64,000 nt of DNA. Source: Schizochytrium sp. TIO01. Taxonomy: Eukaryota > Protista > Bigyra: Labyrinthulomycetes. Shown here in pieces: positions 54,801 to 60,800 of the stretch; within the stretch, counting starts at the first letter, position 1; every line of letters starts with the position of its first letter. The stretch spans positions 2,170,001-2,234,000 of the forward strand of contig SMSO01000035.1 of the NCBI GenBank assembly GCA_004764695.1, in the 5' to 3' direction. Made by a program: the position numbers and the translations under genes. The notes under the pieces are model-generated. The model was not told the origin of the DNA. It saw nothing but the letters and a program-made list of their open reading frames with translations, and ran no database searches.

Positions 54801-57564
54801 TGACTCTAATTGGAATGGTGTTGATACCTTAAGCGTTGTGGTTATTGATGATTCTGGGAATACAGTGTCTTGGACAGGACAAATTGTTGTAAGTTCTGTA
54901 AATGATCCTCCAGAGATTGTACCAACTCGGCCTTTAGGTGCTTCAAGCGTTTTTCATGCCAAAGAGGGTGAAATGGTTCACCTTGCAGGGCCAGCACGTC
55001 TTCAGGGTTCTCCTGGGGCTTCGGTACCAGAATATGTGTTAGAACCGACAGCTGGAATCTGGCGATCCTTAGTTGTACGACCAGGTCGTACGGCCGCTGA
55101 TGATCCATCTTGGAGGTATAGTCTTGCTAGTAATGCAAGCGAGCCTCAGGACCTGATTATAATCGATGACATGATGATTTTATTCAGCGCAGAAGATACT
55201 GAGCATGGCCGAGAGCTTTGGCGCTCTGATGGACTAGCAGATGATGGCTTTGCATCAACCAACTTGGTTAAAGATTTGCGTCCTGGTGAGGACGACTCTG
55301 ATCTAGGCGACTTTCATTTACATGATGATGGCCTTGTTTACTTTGCAGCCAATGGAAAAGATTGGACTTGGAGATTAGAAACTGATTCCTGCAACGGATT
55401 TCGCAATTCTTATGAGGGAATCTGGCTCGCCGTATCTGAAAGCACAGTATTCGACAAGTACGGAAGCTATGACTGCCCTACAGGGTATCACTGGGCTTCA
55501 ACAGATGAACTTGCAGCTGTTGTGGGGCCTGCCACAGAGCGAACTCGCCTCCGATCTGGCGAACTAGGAGATTACTATGCGTCAGAGTGTGGCTGGAACT
55601 TTACGACCTGGGAGGGTGCAGAACGACTTCGCTTCATGCTGGCAGACTCCTATTTGACATCAGTTTTCTTGGACGCAAGGCAGGAAGCTGGTTCACCTGG
55701 TCAGATTGCACCAGAAGTGATTCTTGGTGAAAGTCTCAAAGAGAGCAGCTTTGCTGGCATTATCTGCATGGCAAATGGAGACGATGGGTCACCCTGCATG
55801 AGATCTCAGGGGTGTTTCAAGGATGCTGGCAAAGAGCTTTGGGTAACAGACGGAAGCGCAGATGGAACTAAGCGTGTGTTGGACATTTATCCCGGCCCTG
55901 ACAGCTCAGATCCAGGTTATATAACTTCTTTCGATGGTTCAATTTTCTTTTCTGCTCGAAGTGAAACATATGGCCGTGAACTTTGGCGATCAGATGGCAC
56001 TGTATCGGGAACAAGGATGGTGTCAGATATTAACTTAGGCATAGCTTCGTCTAGTCCACAATATCTAACTGTGACTGCTGATGGCTCAGCACTTTTCTTC
56101 TCTGCTGAAGATGCCTGGCATGGATCTGAGCTTTGGGTTTCCGATGGAGTAGCAAGTTTTACAGGGGCAAGGCCGACTATTGATCGCCTTTCAGGCTCAG
56201 AATATTCTGCTACAGGAACGCATATTGTCTTAGATATTCGTATAGGTGACCAAGTGGGCAGTGAACCCTCAGAGCTTGTTGCTTTAATCGAAAACTACAT
56301 TGCCTTTGTTGCCAATGATGGTGTTAATGGGCGCCAGATATGGTTATCCGATGGTTCTGAACTTGGAACAGGACGCTTAACTTCTATCCGTAGCAGTGAT
56401 CCTGAAAATGGTTGCAACCCGAAGAACTTGATTGTGTACAATAAGCAACTATACTTCACTGCTGAGGATGGAATACACGGACGTGAGCTATGGCGAGTGG
56501 GAGACTCTTCTGAAGGATGGACAGCAGAGCGTTCAGATGGGACCCAGTTTTCCATAGGCACAGGGGACTCTGTTGGCGCCAAGATGGTAGCAGATCTGAA
56601 ACCTGGTAGCGCTGGCTCGGAGCCAAGTCATCTTTATGTTTACTCACCCACAGGCACCATGAATTCTTCGTTGGAAGGTGTCCCATTGCTTGTTTTTGAT
56701 GCAATGGATGCGCTGTGGATTGTCAACGGAATCGATACAGGGACTCCTTATCGTGCTTTTGAAACAACAGCAAAGGATCTTCGATTTACTGATGCTGACT
56801 ACGTCGAACTTCATGGTGCGCTCTATTTTGCAGCTCGCCCACCCCAGGATATCGTCATGCCTCGAAGTGGTATGGCCCCTCGCTCGGACAATCAGCCGTT
56901 CTATCTTCGAGACGTTGATGGCAACACGGAAGATGTATATAAGTTGTCAATGCAAGCAAGCCTTGGTACCTTAAACTTTCAAGACGGAGCTATTGCATCT
57001 GCCGGTGTAAGTGGAACTTTAGAGTTCCTAAATGAGCAACTACGGGGTTTGTACTATCAGAATTCTGATGGTAAAAATGGCGCCGACATCCTTATAGTGT
57101 CATTGGAAGATGCCGACGGCGCAACAACAACTGAGACGTTTGATATTGATGTTTCACCAGCAAATACAGTACCTTCCATTTCTCTCTCCAAGTCCCAACA
57201 TACAATATCACTAAGTGGTGAAGATATAGTCCCTTTACACATCAGTGTCACATTAGCTGACGAAGAGGAAATTTTAGATGCCACTTTAGAAGTAAGCGTT
57301 CTATCGAGCGCAGGCCAAGTATTGCTTGAACCTCTTAATGGCATAACATTTAAAGGAAAAGGCGAACACAGCATAACGGTTCAGTCCAACAAGAGCCTGC
57401 TGAATCAGGTTTTGAGTGAAATGCACTACAAGATTGATCGACATGTGACCAGCACAGCTCCCTTTTCGGCAACAGTCATACTCACTGTTCGTGATTTAGT
57501 CAGTGCTGGATCTGGAGTGCCAAGAGAAAGTTCTGCAACAATTTTGCTCAATTTTATCGAGTGA
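33868..57564 (+). CDS. Giant (~7,900 aa) single-exon secreted/surface adhesin-like mosaic protein: cadherin/Ig-like repeats, GxFxL repeats, two 14-Cys modules, ELWxxDGT repeats
   Basis: 23.7-kb uninterrupted ORF. First ATG is 33868; alternative ATG 33973 directly precedes the hydrophobic stretch MMALKTLCIVFGLLKYAGLATG. Recurring motifs: YxPxx(N/D)(W/F)xGxD and VxxVND(A/P)P; GRELWRSDG, GKELWVTDGSADGT, GRELWRSDGTVSGT. Many NxS/T sequons. No C-terminal TM or GPI signal is evident. Confidence 0.93.
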   Translation: MTRCSIFESHGIGACEDSMQGLKVDSSRRRRRRSSMATVATRMMALKTLCIVFGLLKYAGLATGETSFSTHVPYTNPFQVEVGEEIYISDLSLRRLQEAKPWEARVNVWASVDHGDLLLRCRDNLVPVVGSSTFTSLARWNHSLAISGKFEHVNLALSCLFYRAAEDFEGSDPISFRINFGDTQENSTINLQVAAPADYADRPIFSLAVSRIHTGVVEDTTEPFQFGALLEPRIKTPLGGRMTVEAISISGGSLVATGATTGLTSIEAEHVISSLTYTPAKNYFGEDVIQVNLTNEASGLHSLRFVILHVEPENDPPEINIDTELITSTALHFRVNQATVVGRYQTRDLLSIVDVDSYRGEEFRFGIRAPPEAVRFSWLSGVTIDTINNTMGSDDTETIVQGRLEALNALLRGLILTPPSGPTLSIWLWAEDGLHARSNLQKLTFQVDVSSLDVSLSYASHAPMSFHMNEGETLRLSSLQMVIQTHNSEDSVHIQISATPGTGTFDLVEGEQLPYWLRREGLQTSNISLHGSIEDINEGIQRLQFVTALGWNSVKFTSTATIEVIAKIEEETPRSSLFAQVFVMPSIDPPSLDFLFLPINQNISTSLQLDGAPMQIPLQCKFSIAGVSHAEAVLTIPVEACANIELATFPTGLYQTYRSDVEMKILIIQGDLERVKDALTKLIIVPMRLDECDAMNSGSAESFFDLQGYVRQGEHVSDVLHLRVRMSPPSLRIFLVSTSSILSVSSSTAPNMDNASLTLSPNVLQLQTYPEDPDPVVLRQQQYTLWLQARLGELTTSRTPTDVVTISSDNGRSLVIKTSSFATLQAVLANTLYTPYADVSGLEEILAELHIVKNGEASSRRVSEAYIPVKVDADEDTIRLSWVPVSNELVELSRIDQGWNMLASLQGLSLSTRRPLSDRITMRFEPLSSRYEVKYAGFRIVPSARHGLAQNPNTHAVHGTLEDVVFALEENLLMANVSIASSKLPLRMSFSLTLIVSEFDSEENVIASLPLIFSNVDLPPGHKRLLPITILLDGFAEPFANLIANPLRMDAEEGTQVSLQLPLLHVQAWDESQAGHLRLQALYGSLLIEEQEGSMPQNTLDKFETVSSLNAWLAQGLYYFPPSPDFEGEDIIDLAISGKDGKNLYTTRIPVFVGSFVLGVSPELSQRADTAKLTKSQDIIQITYDANSQADSFPVFQLAGLKITEGTVRTTYEIKIEVSEGSVSFPYKAGLAIDQSGLFLRGYRDKLNDALERAQYWPDLSLASEDIKIFIELTRVAAHSSMHNSVDLAVAAKIPPSTRFSNNPAFLEWSLLGTFQRKDETTSYLRGMEGSTLSFTDLGWEYVTTAESEFNVIELYIVASQGRVQVRGEVDSSIHRAIPSGSIAGTLQYQQVARDVQSLLAQIEIVLPNQWNSETSGSPCLLTVTLAESSQNIRSQPLVIPIHVIPTPSEPQLSGNLALNANSKIVSAKNLRLEGWKGYTVGQLLDLSFNVTGGDLQAPTKTSYLAIPDLRLLHSNLQAIRILVSGLNQDILLNVLITDHDDGSLICQNSFTFSQVQATAQAVIRVYDRALYVPKSQQTKLQNVTLMFESEMPSIVLALHLEVYQGELSFNASNNAHTRCEQRKNDRLLRCVGSSEAIVSFLESEVYYYPKNNFHGIDTLMISVYTTSFHGAEDGRVLTEANIPLLVENSVSSPKLDFPPLIEEINDVYLDSAFRNGKEPLIPIPVHLEDLSGQSPFVRIRLRQEGDNLRGKWEINHLAYQALITVADDTSESPEARYLMLEGSFRKIQKVLGSYLVYRLDTPMNTGAQSATLFVDAWFHSESVDPLPSLTAQQALSISSLQDLYKDRSGCFVGFSLGCQGLWRQGQPKLNETGISFAWSSWFTQPKRSTAEISVAVSGEGAIKIVVPDELLEVSSVKWTLDSSGTTLQLTAASLALAEQWVQLLTLSQNDPLSYIVERPQLSISARLAAELSTNPTIATCYLPPIAMKEESGFSVSIESEGLYIGSSDVQAVLPQIAVSTTGSRVVSGFTPVLAFLQGPENMRVVIHPADVARLGLVVSRSSELGSITLQASTLWALNEALGSCVIQRRSSVPWNGTAQVSLTLDYMHVFDNILTVTVEPISLVFWETTGQPGVLNLPTLASDSRVSYRLHQGQQIKFEGLSIASGFYLPDSSLRSILVQTSSSHGLWLQDAEGILQGAVKGGTSASEDSILIILEPSSKNDSSTVFESQLLNMTCDIDFETHIISTSDAVSSDNLSGTFQVTWNGQVTQQLNHNISSDEMSTALQALTGSDYLLVSREANSDSLAGESFIWSVTFADALSGPTGLEFGILDAIFSSSSVEVQAQQIQSMNVLGGSFRLNIFDQTTDLIPYDVTPEDLQDAISNIAPCLLFNGVSVTLADSITWNQRIFRIQFNILGHFPLLGADIASLEGDGAAISVAREQVGSDRPWALFQLVHNGMSSSLLSSRSGMIEFAQALEQIGLTDYVITQSGHPDGDMFNGFVWSVRSASAINLEIRTLASSDKDLWITSTTKSIELQARNDRSMNLLLSALRLCPDGYRVPGRSSLSFSVVKDPRPTISGQSGELLIDLFANTTGSLVGSKASCSLQDLDDLISVEGLFPTFGNLLEHQMLRLTCAPQQKQYHLRITSSLGHLYVPGHLRVAVIEGKAAIVSPTTPAFQTSGAANLTMLGSPAMLEEALQQVGYSISNKESVNFAQATPQVTHLQLSTQRSATANANNPSVYVLQTICTSGIVSGTFNLQVSIEILDTQKRVQGLVSVMTATLDSQASEEDVASALLNLTEWPEGETVEVKRASEANAQLTWTWEITVVHTAAANGRITNIETKNESFVSSNLQVQPSAIIWGMPSTMTSEVTVSCLGGRIEFNAVATAEEVQLAFPFMVVVTGGLGSFFIRRDILGASLPELSCSSDDSSIIIHETIYSESRPLCRDTIHFEISDPHSGNILLIRQISVDSIASVSELTEAYLGVFSLFPLLHLRDDGNYTAVQLSGFILESSTKDNFPVPLFCEIESAANAEVYFLSPSGDKLQTLTATSFATAKASVGKELWYNPASLSGESDTVTLRCKLELNSNGELAYQEAFVDLFVSHDFVSFWIVNAPDSLSLQPGDLWSFADQISVNTSSTEAVELTIQAQYGSIAGSEVIAALSTTMQGLRRLRFSLAADRSRIDLYGFGTDINFALKELSYFAARKGETNSDIIEIILDGMLQAVIRVNIHPQNGILLNADCEFSNGCIVSLEEDTTAWVASVSGLYVNEDAISQCGDIPLSFQAVSTRGALFSGYISDIEQGGSTGMGVLSWSADSTKTSIRAGLDALLYTPKEDWNGQDLISIIYTCGTQRSRLDITVMVKPVEDLLSLETKLTSQINIGNADTKVGYFTVVDPDQIGHTCDMNIKMSATVLYGTIGIEDINGCASGGGDAMLKATNQSLQLRGCATRLNAALHTLFYKGPKVPPIDLQDVLTVTVERVTADARPAMSSVTASIVLKLPITTAERFPSLERRVLSTIDDFLPRSTVEAALGSELKIAEYLIVKGALLPQSKEVAAGALLTISTKVGTLRVNADRLSRGRSVRIALVSDTQITLQVSAELEAFQAALAAVSYLAIPSAQSLHKWLPREKHWDVVTLSVRPIIHSAHSDLNDMYSVSVPIKLWVPQELILPDFRIFGKGFDSERGTIAQGESFEIAIAQIDSLEKLANLLDVSAEDVELRIVNQPAVGHFEILAQACYFIRCELSSDQTEVVLRGSFQHIFEYLLPENGYLKFVAPTSGALGTISVLATLLHISSELYKQSTFQLDMIQTNFHESCILDSLELYTDTWLQTIALEKPAGIGIVLQNRVELSRDAVVTASLEVIKGKAALIPPSDIGSDVETQWSSSEMVVFRSTPTRVSEILRLTQIFAGNNQERNDSEDLLFAELRVKISATNCSRSLVQGTLFYFEGKFANIASTNDTLSVSLNAPGEDVLVYSQEAFLLNSYVSLESLGRDYQTKDFPYVVKISSSANRGRFHINGICGDAVGAVSQAHEIRLAAKQSELLIACFQKVQYVAPLIEGIDIISITDGLHNVTLPVLVLPSRTPYIIESRSTHSMAEIEEEHLDSLDFSSIFGSLSLYTDGSILIGEKSLYLDIHPDRKGARIFWSSEKSPKEYAVEVSTIPETNILRVRGSLQDIENVIQTQGLIFYSKPKETWCGKDRVRMSIDGIPVQMFALDIVCHGPEYLPRWNYSDSLESLYGAEGVFLNLSNAKLSVVDRASETHGCDSEAWMVRVTVTASIPGSVEDIAFTLWNHTPGVFTSFGRRVELIGCYENVNVAIGQLRYKPPVGFAGEMILQFGVGRISSLDADQGTYSVRVQVQASDNGPRILYFPPNYALRVQEGESIMIGNLVIRDTNAERRDRDAYILTVYFSAGTLQIGPDEGLNLITNYEKNSIQLRGLITDINHVLRDIVYIAPLQYSDEVRIEAVVSDSIGHSSRVLTEVLVEGAEATLSFIEGNRTLIAGNNYLSHPLLVTKPESDISLENVYSLSQDLGTTTFAELKITASAGGAIPEIQQISIRRSTFLDVQVVRVTATLGAISAPATFVLSYDGESTTAIDRMALDAASKEIGDSLGESIESKLTALSTVDRVEVSRIQYGDYDSREWVITFFRQEPGPLLILESENDPGNAVEISIERLESSDEMVLSGSFVLSYAGRTTVPLLFSAHAAELERALSHIPIIDLVKVNSIFPSNDDEVFAAWEVTFIRPGGDIPLLKSRILNSSVAGTSVKMEVIEVQKGFGLAPVQRVTTKAEHKNQVIALRTTATSGPLAGTFQLSLDLTSLGGQKAVSTTIDHAAVASISEEIVHASHGARPGESLESILNNMLRNAARGVENSIREFHYAQMFVTVSRTDQICDYTCQLHQSDYSAPLCSVNATCDMCIGKCADGMVKRCYDDDECESGICEFGHGECLSTGEKCNAHSDCIGTGVCSTFDCRANVEGGYTWIIEFHNAPANLPMLEISSSKLYADESPDVFIGLLQSRKNAPEFIVPANSISGFLLFDGTAIEYATNMALSNSRLLVIEKLPDLETGIELYLIDLGRQDLGLEFPVSVSGINLEGDGVSLETSMVYSVPRLRNSVETPVLLKHGPSGASVLEELSSNSLRVQGTIRELNAFLKQPNGIRLQSSLNWYGQVVVTFDAVALGSTTSPVTKKVLVNLLSPTPVLGFRLERTISVLREDLVSRVFTLMPAFSSSEINSESIQFSLTGDDELPVSLQVTTTNKHRIWIDPVNRLLHRSVSSSEASPQWSKNNQANIVFNGTLSEVRVALQNLRFQPQALGIAELALQLKVDERCWSNMAVSLPKPITRLIQIQVKPIDTPLDFVNHTRSRTVNIEEGETKLLLQGLALIHPEANDLIVVSLEVQRGLLEIQLDSSSWTTGSIIQLSEDKKSLYIESSRSSFNDQIFPHVFYKSRHEHYTGVDAGVLTATNKATRRSVSITLLMNISSTLDNLQVRVKSPHVPLDINEDEPLPLFDVFTIEDVDIREENEYQNGNITLILETQALHVDLQQAIHTSAEDGLITGYFKVSIDLRAWGGSLVVSDRISVDAVASITEERTTYTPGTDRGESMESKVNKMLSFAQLNSTLVDPITVSVTRSNIVCNYGCKSIPTTYDETNLECSQNSHCDLCVGYCDSGSVYRCSSDDECAGSCVFSSGECLSDGSPCTNQNACRKTGICEQSNCTESLVGGLTWIVTFHKAPWDFPLLDVSEVALSGATNARVDNDIIPARSPALAVQPPNELGGSFHVNGHELPFNASATEVHEVFEKLRNELLLRNSTFHGPEARKIPIDMGPLEVSRSSPSLEHGYIWSIQMSIVALRFASALFVDGAQLLGTGAQVSINVHPDIDVSSYPTALLQLKSSHGVMGYPSTGLSGSFREIEMTLLDSRSIGPFLSQLYFFPDQNWNSNSNKAFAAITLGVSKLNDTEMSLVSATQYICVQPVNDAPVLIIPGAILDPANLTDDQQSGRIKSITPFEVREGTLTSFHGVSIRDVDAGKNMLQVEILAVNGSVSLGADVALEVLDINASRLTMLGSLSAINYALEQLQFQSSNMYGKGGNSSIFLRALDVGHNGQIHTVGDDLSDSVTIPIRVSPNDAPPVLELPEDANAWYSVEDEGMVLPGVHIDFLNYDPSDEITFIASAAFGSINTPLTFDHVSIQSNSTSGDLRVGGTVAAVNTVLKALLYEPESNFNSKDYGGPDSLQFTVSSNRGDVVQQTASIYIDAVNDPPFIFVPEATVTYDGVGRNTTVATPILETNEDVPFILPNVQIHDADGALEVIHVTFMCTYCAFSLMDAMASSSIEVHKGAHNLTLHGQLSRVNAALGGHLGTGLIFTPLRDWFGTDTIWIYTEDEFGSSDSVSQTVIVHSVNDAPIWVLPDPLSLQVDEDGAIALSPVRVLDQDASLDDPVLVFIEPAYGSVSVRRESPTRRITLNNTLRLVNADLATLMYFPATQTHSMDDAVEGETITFIADDLGNRGLGGTQVTENSIAIDNIVPWSDRPRLLVPGAVFANSTTCQESTRISLPRRVEDNSLFDICGTIIDVIPLVGLEDEDLWVEGVQVEDKDYDISLSPRRLAVHLYVTSGVIQVRPHGALDIMYENNGRAIRLQGSPSEINDILSAILYKPDKHWFGQDHLSITVEDSSYREVAVKGGVSLRDQQSVPLFITPVQDVPQFTGSLLKRFGGAATLTSLEDTPLLLAGPHQGLSVEHPDGESWEIVFIAVAQHGSFSLDPKGVAEVQYIAELTRAPGSATKKEIDVFAFQASVGTVKEAISHIVYIPELNWHGIDDITMLVANSGDLLLNQSSSMDPFLAFVSEQIHQATGHNGVDVIEERYSSATFHVDVYSINDSPTISLLSGYDGTWLSHEDESVLLEGLMVDDADNDTLTVKISVDHGVVEIYDLGIIANQLFVEASKDSYSLQLRGPMSDIQSVFGLSPFVAYIPDSNWNGVDTLSVVVIDDSGNTVSWTGQIVVSSVNDPPEIVPTRPLGASSVFHAKEGEMVHLAGPARLQGSPGASVPEYVLEPTAGIWRSLVVRPGRTAADDPSWRYSLASNASEPQDLIIIDDMMILFSAEDTEHGRELWRSDGLADDGFASTNLVKDLRPGEDDSDLGDFHLHDDGLVYFAANGKDWTWRLETDSCNGFRNSYEGIWLAVSESTVFDKYGSYDCPTGYHWASTDELAAVVGPATERTRLRSGELGDYYASECGWNFTTWEGAERLRFMLADSYLTSVFLDARQEAGSPGQIAPEVILGESLKESSFAGIICMANGDDGSPCMRSQGCFKDAGKELWVTDGSADGTKRVLDIYPGPDSSDPGYITSFDGSIFFSARSETYGRELWRSDGTVSGTRMVSDINLGIASSSPQYLTVTADGSALFFSAEDAWHGSELWVSDGVASFTGARPTIDRLSGSEYSATGTHIVLDIRIGDQVGSEPSELVALIENYIAFVANDGVNGRQIWLSDGSELGTGRLTSIRSSDPENGCNPKNLIVYNKQLYFTAEDGIHGRELWRVGDSSEGWTAERSDGTQFSIGTGDSVGAKMVADLKPGSAGSEPSHLYVYSPTGTMNSSLEGVPLLVFDAMDALWIVNGIDTGTPYRAFETTAKDLRFTDADYVELHGALYFAARPPQDIVMPRSGMAPRSDNQPFYLRDVDGNTEDVYKLSMQASLGTLNFQDGAIASAGVSGTLEFLNEQLRGLYYQNSDGKNGADILIVSLEDADGATTTETFDIDVSPANTVPSISLSKSQHTISLSGEDIVPLHISVTLADEEEILDATLEVSVLSSAGQVLLEPLNGITFKGKGEHSITVQSNKSLLNQVLSEMHYKIDRHVTSTAPFSATVILTVRDLVSAGSGVPRESSATILLNFIE

Positions 57565-57840
57565 GTGAAAACTTCTGACGTTGAGATAGGAAAAATACAA
57601 AGCAAATTAACAGTTCAACAGCTACATCTGTTGGAATACTTTCATTGTGTGAATATATATATATATATATAATAAGTGAGATTTTAATTACAAACTCCAT
57701 TTTGCATGTTGCTTAATCTTTTCTCACAAGCAAAATTATACCATAACATGGTATTCACCTTACCTTTTAAAGAAGTATCAATTACATGTGTATTTAAAAA
57801 TCCTGGCTATATATTTTAACGGGGTCATTAAGGGTTTTAA

Positions 57841-60800
57841 TTAAGTATGGATGAGGTCTTTGACAATAACTCGAGTTTGCCTATCTGGACGAGCTGGATT
57901 CTCTACAGAACGTAGCTGGAACTCACGTTGCGCAAACTCATCACACTTATAAAAGTGCGTGAGATCATGGATACCTAACTCTCGGGCTCTACGCTCAAAT
58001 TCACTGACGTGGACTTGAGCCGAGATCTGTTCAGGTGTCATAAAGTGCTGCTGCGTGCGGAACATTTCTTCGAGCAGATATATGAGAAGTTCGTTGTGAT
58101 CTTTGTTTTGTGTAATGTATTTTTGGAAGGAGCGACGGAGTTGACGCATAACGGAGAACTTCTGAGCACCAATGAAACTATCTAACATGACCTGGATGGC
58201 ACGGTCTAGATCATCATCACGTACATACTCTCGTAACTGCATACGGGCAAATGACTCGGCAATTCGTAGAATAGACTCCATATGACGCACGGCAATGGGG
58301 ATACCACCGCTATTCATTGATTCTGCACGAAGCTCTGCGTAGAGGTTTTCGATCTTGTTTACATCAATTCGCTCAAGTTGAGGCTTGAGTGTCCGTGCAT
58401 AAAGAATGTACTTCCGCAAGAGGTCCTGATCGATGGTAGATCCATTAGTAAGGCTGTCGCACCAATTAGCAAAAGTATTGATGTTGCGACCGGCCAATGG
58501 ATCTTCAACACCCTGATCAGCGCCATACTGGTCCTCCATATCAAGACGCCTCTGCTGGAGCTGGCGGGCCTCTTCTGGGGAAAGACAACCCTCGGGGTGT
58601 GACTTGACATGGGAGCCAACAACGAATTTTGCAAGGCGCTCGTCAGCTAGTGGGTCAATCTGATCTTGAAGCACACACAAAATATCAAAACGTTGAATGA
58701 TGGGATCAGTCAAGGCAACTTGTTCGCTAAAGCTTTTCTGCGGATCATAACGGCCACCGATTGGGTTGGCAGCCGCAACTACAGAGCAACGCGCTTGCAG
58801 AGTCGTCACAATTCCAGCCTTGGAAATTGAGATACTCTGTTGTTCCATGGCCTCATGAATCGAGGTTCGGTCTTGGTCGTTCATTTTATCAAACTCATCA
58901 ATAAGGCAAACTCCACGATCTGCCAACACGAGTGCGCCGCCTTCAAGAACCCATTCTTTAGAAATGGGGTCCTTCTGCACTGCTGCAGTCAGACCTACTG
59001 CAGAAGCACCTTTTCCTGTTGTGTAAACTGCACGAGGAGCAGTTTTCTCAACGTATTTTAAGCATTGTGATTTAGCTGTTCCAGGATCACCCATAAGTAG
59101 GACATTGATATCTCCACGAATACGGTGTTTGTTTTTCACATTAAGCTCACGGCCACCAAACATAGCTAGTGCTAATGCTGTTTTCACTTCCTTGTGTCCA
59201 TAGATTGATGGGGCAATAGATTGAATGATACGCTCGACTACCTGGGGGTCTTTTGAGATGCGATGGAAGCGTGCACGATCTTCATCTGTAATGAGAACTG
59301 AGCTAGCGAGATCTTCAGTTTTACGAATGTGATTGGCTTCTAGCACTGTGGCAAACACAGGGAAACCTTGCTGAGCGTTTAAGTATTTGTTGGAGACCTC
59401 ATGTTTGTAAATACCTGTCACCTCAATTTCCTCACCAGGACGCGCCGAGTCAACGAGGTCAGCGTAAAGGTTCACCGTTTTGTATCGCGGAACGCGACCA
59501 GGAGGTACTGTGCCTGGAGACTCCTGCAAGAGAATATGCTGATAATTCTGGTAAATGGAAGCCTCCTCATCAAGTTCGAGACGCTGAGGCTGTTCTCCAT
59601 CACAGTCAGCGCAGGTCATTTGGGGTGGCTTGTCACCTGGCTCCAAATGAACCGGGCCGACGCTTGCATTGCAGGTAGGACAATGATAGAACACCTTGCT
59701 AAGCATGGGCTTTACTTGGCTGCGGCGTGTTACAATTCCAGAAACGCGAACGAGCGCATTAAGATGAATTGTCCGTAGATCGCGCAGAGCATCGGCGAGT
59801 GGAAGATCAACAATACGCACGTAAACTTCATCATGAATCTCGCCATAATTTGAAAATTGTTCGTACACCACTTTGTTTGCTACTGCGTTAAGCAATGGCA
59901 ATACACCGGCGGGGTGATCGGCCAACCAAATTGCCAAAGTCGGCTTAGACTTACTCAAGTGCATATACGAGACCAATAAAGACTGAGTGTTACGCATGCA
60001 CATGTCGCTAATTCGCTCTTCGTAGACAGGTTTGCCATCTTCAGTCTCTGAAAAGTTACGAAGAAAGTCCTCGAATCGGCGCTTAACCTCATTTTGCACA
60101 GCTTCATTCTCAACAAATTCAGTAAGTGGAACAAGAAAGTTCTGCAAGTCGACAGGGGCAGTATCAACCTCTTCTTCTTGAGAATCTCCAGGGCCTGTTT
60201 CTCCATCTGCAGCAGCATACTCATAAGCCTCGCGCCTAGCTCGCGCACGGCGTCGGGCAACATCGTCTTCGTCTTCTTCGGAGTCGGAGTCATCCTGCAG
60301 CATTCCAGGAAGACGAACCTGGCGTCCTTCTTCTTCGCGATCGCGTTCTGCAAGTTCTGCTTCTGCACGTTGCCGAGCAGCGAAACTCATGCGACCGTAA
60401 TCGTTTTCATCAAGCAATGTTGTGTCATACCTATCGAGCTCTGCAATGGCACGGTAGTCTTTTTCCTCCGTATCTTCAAGGTTCTCGCCTTCGTCATCCT
60501 CCTCCTCTAATCCTGGGGCAAGACCATCCTCTTCGTCAGAGTCATCCATGACAGCAGCAGCATTTCGACGCGGTGGCGCTGCATCGCCATTTTCTTCATC
60601 ATTGCCAAATGTTCGACGCACCGCAGCTCCGGCATCATAGGCCGCATCAAACACTTCGTCACCGAGGTCCCTAGGTTGCCGAGCTCTGCCTGCATTATTT
60701 GCAACGCCAGATTTATCACTGTCGACGCTGCCATCGCTGTCATCGCTATCATCACTTGCAGCGCGGTTTCGCCTTAAACGCTTACGAGGCCGCGCGAGTT

